A program made the translations under genes and the position numbers. Shown here piece by piece: positions 56,825 to 64,000 of a stretch of DNA of 64,000 nucleotides. The stretch comes from Calditrichia bacterium (lineage in GTDB: Bacteria; Calditrichota; Calditrichia; JAJRVZ01): positions 320,001-384,000 of the forward strand of contig CAWCNS010000005.1 in the NCBI GenBank assembly GCA_963796965.1. Reading direction: 5' to 3'. The notes beneath the pieces were generated by a model. That model saw nothing but the letters and a program-made list of their open reading frames with translations. It searched no databases and was not told the origin of the DNA. Numbering within the stretch: the stretch's first letter is position 1; each line of letters opens with the position of its first letter.

Positions 56825-57796
56825 TTAGTCATTTACAATATTCTCCGGTTGACCCTCAATAAATGATTTTATATTCTGCACAGCGACTTTCATAAGACGT
56901 TTCCGCGCCGCTCCGGTAGCCCAGGATAAATGTGGTGTCATGATGCAATTTTTTGCAGATAAGAGAGGATTGTCTACTGGAGGAGGTTCTACAGCTAAAA
57001 CATCGATTCCTGCCCCAGCAATTCGATCCTCATTTAAAGCCTGGGCAAGATCTGCACTATTCACCAATTGTCCCCTGCTGGTATTGATCAGGAAAGAACT
57101 GGCTTTCATCAAATTTATTTTATTTTTATCAATCAGTTTATTATTCTCAGCTGTAAGCGGGCAATGGAGACTGACAACATCACCCTCCCGAAAAATTTCC
57201 TCAATTTTCACCAAAGTTACATAGTCCGGAATCTCAGTGGGTGCCACGGGATCATATGCGAGCACACGCATCCCAAAAGCATTGGCAAGATTACCGACAG
57301 CCTGCCCAATCCGGCCAAATCCAATAAGACCAAGGGTCAATTCAGCAAGTTCAATTAGCGGACGGTCCCAGTAACACCAATCTTTAGATTCAGACCAGCG
57401 TCCTTCTCTCACCGTCTGGGCATGATATCCAACCTGGTTTGTTAATTCCAGGATAAGCGCCAGGGTCATTTGAGCGACAGATTGGGTTCCATAAGTCGGT
57501 ATATTTGAGACCGGAATTCCTCGATCGCGGGCGGCTTCCACATCAACAATATTATAACCCGTGGCTATTACGCCTATATACTGTAATTGAGGCAAATTTT
57601 GAATCGTTTCCCTTGAAAGAGGTGTTTTGTTGGTTATAACAATTTCCGCCGAAGCACATCTTCCAATTATTTCATCTATGGGTGTTCTGTCATGTATAAC
57701 GCAATCCCCCAATGAGTTAATCTCATCCCAACTTAGATCCCCGGGATTTAAGGTATATCCATCTAAAATTACGATATTCATATTTGTTCCCATCAT
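56825..57796 (-). CDS. D-2-hydroxyacid dehydrogenase (glycerate dehydrogenase/hydroxypyruvate reductase-like)
   Basis: LDGYTLNPGDLSW, ATGYN, GFGRIG, SLHCPL, INTSRG, TPHLSWA. Confidence 0.92.
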   Translation of the reverse strand: MMGTNMNIVILDGYTLNPGDLSWDEINSLGDCVIHDRTPIDEIIGRCASAEIVITNKTPLSRETIQNLPQLQYIGVIATGYNIVDVEAARDRGIPVSNIPTYGTQSVAQMTLALILELTNQVGYHAQTVREGRWSESKDWCYWDRPLIELAELTLGLIGFGRIGQAVGNLANAFGMRVLAYDPVAPTEIPDYVTLVKIEEIFREGDVVSLHCPLTAENNKLIDKNKINLMKASSFLINTSRGQLVNSADLAQALNEDRIAGAGIDVLAVEPPPVDNPLLSAKNCIMTPHLSWATGAARKRLMKVAVQNIKSFIEGQPENIVND

Positions 57797-57933
57797 TGTA
57801 TAATATAACTAAGATAAATTATTATCACTCTCGTTGGCTATTGTTATGATCTGTATAAATTGGGATTATTCTAATTAATCGTAATTGTAACTTCGTAATT
57901 CGTAATTTAAACTAAATCTATCAATTATATTCA

Positions 57934-59200
57934 TTAATCAAAAAATCTAACACCCGGATTATCACCATATTCAACAATCACTTCTCTAGCCTGATTAAGG
58001 ATTGACAATCGGCCTGCTTCCACAACTAATTCATTAAAAGCGCTATTAGCCGGGGTAGCAATAATACCCTCATCATCGATTATTTCTAACATTTGCTGAC
58101 GCTTTTCCAGGATTTGATCCCCAGTGGCAACTGATTCGACACGGTTTATAGCCTGAACGAGACCCTCAATACTTCTATATCCATAGCCAACCGGCGTTAA
58201 TCCCTCCCCACCCCGGTCAATTAACTTAAAATAATCCGGACTTGGTTCGTTATAAAAGGAATCACCGGCATCACTTCCCTTTGTTACATAAGAATGCTTT
58301 ACACCACGGTACTGATCATCATGAAAAATAAGACCACCATCAGTTTCTCCCTGGGTAAACATCCAAATCCCCTGCGAATTACCTCCCGCTCCGACATTGG
58401 GATAGCCCATCCCATTCAAAACAGCAAGGCTCGCACCATTTTCCCAATTGATCCTGGCATTGGTCCATAAATACCCCTTATTGCCATTAGGATAAGTATC
58501 TTCTACACCATATACCGAAACCCGGGTCGGCAAAAGGCCGGTAATCATATGAACCTGATCAACATAATGACAGCCGATATAGGTGAACATATCCGAATTT
58601 TCAGAAGTACACCAGTTCTGAAAGTTTGAATGTCTGTACCACCAGGGTTCTATTAAAGTGGCATAACCCAATCGAAATTCGCCAAGAGAACCATTCCGGT
58701 ATTTTTCACGGGCCATCCCAACCCGGTCATCGAAACGCTTATGATATTCCACACCAACAAATAAACCTTTCTCGCGGGCTATTTTATGAATTTTAATTGA
58801 CTCCTGGTGCTTCAACGTTAAGGGTTTGACACAAATGACATGCTGATCATTTTCCAGAGCAAAGATAACAGCCTTGTAATGTAAGTGATCAGGCAGCGCA
58901 ATAAACACGATATTTCGTGTGTCCATTTTTGAGATGACTTCTTTATAAAGTCTCCGGGAATTGTTCTGAATCCGAAACAGTCGTGTAGTCCGGAAAAGCA
59001 TTGAATTTTTGCCCGGGAAAGGCCTCAAGAAGTGTCGTGTTCTCAGCAATGGTTTTTAACGGCAGAGCATTTAACGCGCATATATTTATTGATTTCAATA
59101 CCCCAAGCCGCTGGAGATGGTATAATGACGGTAATATCTGCATTTCCGTAATCATCCCCCCACCGACGATCGTTACATCGAAAGATTTCTCAATTTTCAT
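57934..59200 (-). CDS. Gfo/Idh/MocA-family oxidoreductase (frameshift ~58950)
   Basis: IVGGGM Rossmann start; ALPDHLH, VKPL, EYHKRFD, GCHYVD. Confidence 0.85.
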
Positions 59201-59370
59201 TTCATATTTCCCTTACTCATTCACAAAAATATATTCAATATCCTCCAAAGGAGTCCTTCGGACAACACGGAATATTCAATTTTCAAGTAGTAGCGGCCAG
59301 TGTCCGTCCTTTAGGACAAGGATTTAACCTGCAAAGCGTATCCAGTATCCAAATTCCCAATTCCAAATTC

Positions 59371-60630
59371 CTAAATTAATTCAATAATCGCAAAATATCC
59401 CGTAATAAATCCAAAGACAATAACAGCGATAATGCCCGCATTCATTTTTGTATCAGGAGTGTGCTCTTTCATTAGATATTTGCGGTTGATCAGAAGAAAT
59501 ATGGGAATTGCGACCGCCGGCAAAATCATTGCTTGAAAAGCCTGCGAAAAAATCATCATCGCCGGTGGGCGTTTATCCATAAACTGCAATCCAAAAGCGA
59601 AAAGAATACCGATCAATCCAAGAATGCGATACATCGGTGATCGGATATCCCGGGGACGACCAGTGTAATCTGAGATCAGCCATGGTGCTATTAAAACAAT
59701 CGGAAAAATAGTGGAGAGTCCAGCCCCAGCGATACCAAGAATCAAAATAAAAGCAGCAAATTTTCCACCAATGGGTTCAAACAAACTGATCATCTCAACC
59801 GTATTTGTAAGACTTAATCCCATAACATGGAGGGTACCAGCCGCCACAGCCATGATAACGGCACTTAAAAATAACATCATCGATGCTGAAACCATTGCAT
59901 CTCTCTTTTCCTGATGCAAATTTGAGATATCCCAACCTTTTTCAGCAACAACAACACTGCGCATGACAAAGACAGCAGCAGAACAGGTGGTTCCAGCCAT
60001 GGCAGCCACCAATTGAAAGGCTCCCGGTTTATCTGGAATCTGCGGAATCAGACCACTTACTAATGACCCAATACTTGGCTTAACCATAAAAAACACAACG
60101 AGGAAACAAATACCCATCAGAATGACAAAAGCAGTGAGAATTTTCTCAAATATCTGATATCTGCCATACCAAAGTAAAAGATAAAGCAGGATAACTAAAA
60201 CCAGGGTTATTGAAAAAGTGCTGACTATCAATCCATCGTCGATCAGCCGGAACCCTTCCTGAATCAGGTCAGAAACTATCCCCATTATGCCCATCAGGGC
60301 CATAACCTCACCCAGGATCAGGGCAATCAATATATAGATTGCAAGAATTTTACCGCCTGCCAAGTGATTCTTTATATTATGAAGAGCCGTATTTCCGGTT
60401 ACGAGGGTAACCTGGCCATAAGCAACCATCAGGATGTAGGTAAATATGCAGGAGAGGAGAAGAGCCCAAAAAAGAGTCATGCCATATTCGGCACCAGATT
60501 TGGCCATTGTTGTGACACTTCCGGTACCGATATTGTATCCAATTAGAAATAACCCCGGGCCAACAGCACTCAGACCAATGAGTATTTTTCTTGACAAACT
60601 TGACTTCTTTTGATCATTATTTGCAACCAT
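59371..60630 (-). CDS. NRAMP/APC-fold transporter (atypical TM1 motif)
   Basis: VGPGL....NIGTGSVTT...GA.YG..L.W; ~11 TM helices. Confidence 0.8.
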   Translation of the reverse strand: MVANNDQKKSSLSRKILIGLSAVGPGLFLIGYNIGTGSVTTMAKSGAEYGMTLFWALLLSCIFTYILMVAYGQVTLVTGNTALHNIKNHLAGGKILAIYILIALILGEVMALMGIMGIVSDLIQEGFRLIDDGLIVSTFSITLVLVILLYLLLWYGRYQIFEKILTAFVILMGICFLVVFFMVKPSIGSLVSGLIPQIPDKPGAFQLVAAMAGTTCSAAVFVMRSVVVAEKGWDISNLHQEKRDAMVSASMMLFLSAVIMAVAAGTLHVMGLSLTNTVEMISLFEPIGGKFAAFILILGIAGAGLSTIFPIVLIAPWLISDYTGRPRDIRSPMYRILGLIGILFAFGLQFMDKRPPAMMIFSQAFQAMILPAVAIPIFLLINRKYLMKEHTPDTKMNAGIIAVIVFGFITGYFAIIELI

Positions 60631-60713
60631 CTCACTCCTTTTTTTAACAAAATATGTATAGTAGGTCTCTGGGCCTGACTGTTTAGAGCCATTCAGATTT
60701 TAAAAAAAAGATA

Positions 60714-60808
60714 ACCACAAAGAACACAAAGTAGGCACTAAGATCACAAAGTTTTTATAAAGAAATATATCTTTGTGTACTTTGTGCCTACTTTGTGTTC
60801 TTTGTGGT
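60714..60808. repeat. 95-bp palindromic element (CACAAAG units), copy 2
   Basis: Near-perfect hairpin; 84/95 identical to 18446-18540. Confidence 0.9.
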
Positions 60809-60831
60809 AAATATTTTATCTTTTATTTTTA

Positions 60832-62088
60832 TTATTTATCACCATAAGTTCTATTATAATAGCCATTGAGGAATCTCAATGCAAAGGAGGTGCCAATATC
60901 ACGATTTACCATCCATACTTTTCCCTTTTTTCTTCTGGTGCGAATATTTATCGTCGCTCCTGCCAGATTTTCATCGGAATGATCGGCAGAAAATTTATTT
61001 TTCAATAACCAGGTAAGTGACTTATCGATATTTTCCTTAAATTCGTCTCCTGCACCATAATCAAGGAGGCGCATCCAGATGATGCCGGCGAAGGCTACAG
61101 CCGATCCGCAGATGGAACCCTGATTATTTCGACCATCCAGATAGTTCTTATAATAAATCGTTCCATTACCGGTTTGAAACCGGGCAAATGTTTGGGCTGT
61201 TTTCCTTGCCGCCTCAAGGTAAGTTTTATTTTTAGTTAACTCATATCCTTCGAGTAATGATTCAGCATACCAGAGATTAAAACGAGGATGAACCGATCCT
61301 TCAGCCTTAAAATTGGGCATAAAATCCATCCACATTCCCTCAGGTCCCTGTTTCTCGACCAGACTCTCACAGAGGTCAATAAACAGCTTTTTATATTTTT
61401 CGTCTTTCGTATACTGATACATATCGAGATAAAGAGATCCTTCATTATTCGGTCTGGCAACATCAAAAAGCTTTTGTTCTTTTTTATCCGGCCAGAAGGG
61501 GCTATTTTCTTTCATCACTTCACCAGACTCCGGATCAACGTTATCATAAAAAACGCGATGTTCAGGAACATACATGTGTTCCATCATCCAATCTCCAGCC
61601 CTTGTAGGAACGTCAGCGTATTTTTTATCACCGGTGACCTCGTATAATCGAAATAAACCTGCTGAGCCATCGCTCACCGTCGCGAAAACGATGACCTGTC
61701 CCGCATGGTCTCCATGAACGGCATTTAACATACCCTTGAGTTTCGGATGATCTTTAATTTCCAAACTGGTCCACCAGTCGCCTGCTTTTTTTGCAGCCTC
61801 GAGATATTTTTGTTCACCAGTCGTTTCATAACTTTCTACTAAAGCATAAATAACCTGACCGGTATGCCAGGGCGGTTCATAATCATACCATTTACTTTCC
61901 GTCATATTATAATCACATCGTGATTTTCCGCTCTCGTCCAGAAGCGTGAAGGCGGCATAATTGGCACCTACCTCAATGGCTTTGAGGATTTTTGATTTCA
62001 TGCTCGTGTTAGTCTTCTCAGCACAGGCCAGAAAAGAAAACACAAGTACCAAAAGGATAGTTGTCACTAATTGTATAAATATTCGCAT
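60832..62088 (-). CDS. (alpha/alpha)6-barrel lipoprotein (glycoside hydrolase/AGE-like)
   Basis: Lipobox FLAC; repeated LYE.TG..KYL.AA helical hairpins. Confidence 0.65.
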   Translation of the reverse strand: MRIFIQLVTTILLVLVFSFLACAEKTNTSMKSKILKAIEVGANYAAFTLLDESGKSRCDYNMTESKWYDYEPPWHTGQVIYALVESYETTGEQKYLEAAKKAGDWWTSLEIKDHPKLKGMLNAVHGDHAGQVIVFATVSDGSAGLFRLYEVTGDKKYADVPTRAGDWMMEHMYVPEHRVFYDNVDPESGEVMKENSPFWPDKKEQKLFDVARPNNEGSLYLDMYQYTKDEKYKKLFIDLCESLVEKQGPEGMWMDFMPNFKAEGSVHPRFNLWYAESLLEGYELTKNKTYLEAARKTAQTFARFQTGNGTIYYKNYLDGRNNQGSICGSAVAFAGIIWMRLLDYGAGDEFKENIDKSLTWLLKNKFSADHSDENLAGATINIRTRRKKGKVWMVNRDIGTSFALRFLNGYYNRTYGDK

Positions 62089-62121
62089 ACCTTATTCTCC
62101 TCTATCATTTTTTATGATTAT

Positions 62122-62275
62122 AATGTCAAATTTCAAAACCCAAATGCCAAATTAAGGCCAAATATCCAATTACAAATTACAAGTTACAAGTTACATATCA
62201 CGAAATACGAATTTCCCGATTACATATCCAGCATCTCGTATCTCATATCACGAATCTCATATCCCATACCCCAAA
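62122..62275. repeat. Degenerate heptamer tandem array
   Basis: aatgtca aatttca aaaccca aatgcca ... aattaca aattaca agttaca agttaca ... atctcgt atctcat atcacga. Confidence 0.8.
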
Positions 62276-62282
62276 TGTAAGT

Positions 62283-64000
62283 TTATTCCTCAATAATATA
62301 ATACTTATACTTATGATTGCGGACTCTTTCCTCAGGGAGACGGAAGGAGAACTCCCAGGCTCCTTTATTCTGATCTAGCTTGAGCAGCATATCATTTCTG
62401 CCCTTTTTCAGGTGAAGTAAAAGTTTATCTTCATCCAGGATCAGGCTTCTTTTGGCAAATTTTTTATAGACACGTTTGCCGTTGAGATAGATCTGAATAC
62501 CATCATTACTGCCAAAACTGGCCTTTACTTTCTGATCAGAAGGACTGTATATGCGACAGAAGGCGTAGGCTATTGCCCGGTCTGTCTTTTCATAAATCGT
62601 AGAAAAATCTATTTTTGCATTAAGGGGCGATGCATATTTAATCCAGGGTTTATTCCCTTCTGTTTCAGATTCAAAGGCATCACCCGGAACCGGGCTTGCT
62701 TTTGATTCGCCCCCGATAGGTTTTAAATAATCAATTTCCCTTCCTGCCCAGCCATCGTTTGGAAATGGGCCGCAGAGCAACCAATATTGAAAATACTTCC
62801 CTCCCTGCTCACTAATATCAAGACGAATCTCATTGGGTGGGAATAAATACTCACCATTGGCAAACAAGTCCAGGGAATGGTTAAGCAATTTTTCAGCATG
62901 GTTATAGTCCGCAATTTTCTGATCAAACTGATCCATCAAATGATCAAGCCAATATTGTTTACTCTCCATGAGCCATAATTCGGCATATAGTTTCTTTAAA
63001 CTTTCAAGCCTTACACGACACGAAATCAACAGATCTAATGCTTCATTCCCATCTAAAAGGGCCTGGCTTTTTGAGCTCTTCTGTACAAGACAGGCATTTC
63101 TGTATTTCTCTGCTGCTTTAACCAGATCAAAACGGCTCTGTGACATATAATCATATTCATTTATAATAAGCTGGAGATAAACTAAGTCTTCTGTGTATAA
63201 TTTAGCATCTGCGGAGGATAATAATTTATCTGCTTCCTTAACGATTGATTTCACTACCTCCCAATCCGATCCGTCCAATTGAAGGCTCTTACCTCTATCC
63301 GGGATAATCTGCTTCCACAAGACCAGGTCATTCATCTCGAAAGTCTCTACAAGATCAGTAATTGGGATTAAAGTCTGAAAGGCTTCTGATATAGCACCAT
63401 TTAAATTGCCATAGATACCCCGATCAAATCTTACATTATACTCAGATATCTCATCATCATTTAAATGCCAGCTTTGATCGGCAGCATAGGCTACACCATA
63501 CCAGTCCAGTGGAAAAAAAGCATTGCCCCCATCATCCCATACCGTGCATAACATGCCACTTGTACCACCCTCAGTGGCTGCCCGGGTGAAATTTTTGATA
63601 TTGAGCATGGTCATCCGATAATCAGGAATAAGCCGATTTGAGTTTAGAACACCACAACTAAACATGAAGTCAAATCCGGCCTCCTTGAAGGGTCTATATA
63701 ATTCCACGAATGGATCATTTGCACCATAGGTCCAGGCACCCATCATAATATCCTTTGGAAGCATATCCAGAATTTCCGGATGTGATAAGATAATATCTCC
63801 CCAAACCATGGTTCGTTTATTGAGTTTTGTTATTTCCTTGTAAATTCTGAGGATATGATCTGCATATACCCGGCCGATGCCAAGGCTATCCACATATTTT
63901 TTTGACTCACCCCGCCCCAAATCCCAGGTTTCATCACAATTGACATTAAAAAACTCAGAAGTAAAAACCGGTGCCATTTCGGCATAAACATCAGCCAGCA
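62283..64000 (-). CDS. GH20-family beta-N-acetylhexosaminidase-like protein (5'-truncated by window edge)
   Basis: FNVNCDETWDLG (catalytic DE), MVWGD, T.W.D.G; C-terminal beta-sandwich (W...GPF, GSNDG...LNG). Confidence 0.8.
   Translation of the reverse strand, partial: LADVYAEMAPVFTSEFFNVNCDETWDLGRGESKKYVDSLGIGRVYADHILRIYKEITKLNKRTMVWGDIILSHPEILDMLPKDIMMGAWTYGANDPFVELYRPFKEAGFDFMFSCGVLNSNRLIPDYRMTMLNIKNFTRAATEGGTSGMLCTVWDDGGNAFFPLDWYGVAYAADQSWHLNDDEISEYNVRFDRGIYGNLNGAISEAFQTLIPITDLVETFEMNDLVLWKQIIPDRGKSLQLDGSDWEVVKSIVKEADKLLSSADAKLYTEDLVYLQLIINEYDYMSQSRFDLVKAAEKYRNACLVQKSSKSQALLDGNEALDLLISCRVRLESLKKLYAELWLMESKQYWLDHLMDQFDQKIADYNHAEKLLNHSLDLFANGEYLFPPNEIRLDISEQGGKYFQYWLLCGPFPNDGWAGREIDYLKPIGGESKASPVPGDAFESETEGNKPWIKYASPLNAKIDFSTIYEKTDRAIAYAFCRIYSPSDQKVKASFGSNDGIQIYLNGKRVYKKFAKRSLILDEDKLLLHLKKGRNDMLLKLDQNKGAWEFSFRLPEERVRNHKYKYYIIEE

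Overview
Bacterial chromosomal window, AT-rich. The gene content (PorV/PorQ-like beta-barrel, secreted protein with an 'NYPNPFNP' C-terminal sorting domain, TRAP/uxaE cluster) suggests an FCB-related lineage such as Calditrichota/KSB1 (inference). Layout: (1) 1-1924, a minus-strand group II intron whose RT/maturase runs off the left edge, inserted in an attC-like half-site; (2) ~2620-3000, an unannotated structured RNA candidate built from ~23-nt GUAAGGA+hairpin units; (3) 3139-8869, a TPR/SGNH-carbamoyltransferase-SxtJ-DUF5989 module bracketed by a diverged duplicate of a gene's 3' end; (4) accessory genes (internally deleted histidine kinase, HEAT+TolC, glycosidase, PHP hydrolase); (5) housekeeping block 17-30 kb (hisS, TrmH family, dprA, obgE, murI, amidase, ABC-2); (6) 31-64 kb, a long mostly minus-strand carbohydrate/hexuronate region (uxaC, uxaE, uxuB-like, gnd, LarA-family epimerase, TRAP, LacI, glucuronokinase-like kinase + GalU-like, GH20). 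Intergenic spaces carry several families of palindromic and 7-/9-nt-period repeats. About 13 genes carry a single frameshift, most likely long-read assembly errors. No rRNA, tRNA or CRISPR array was seen.
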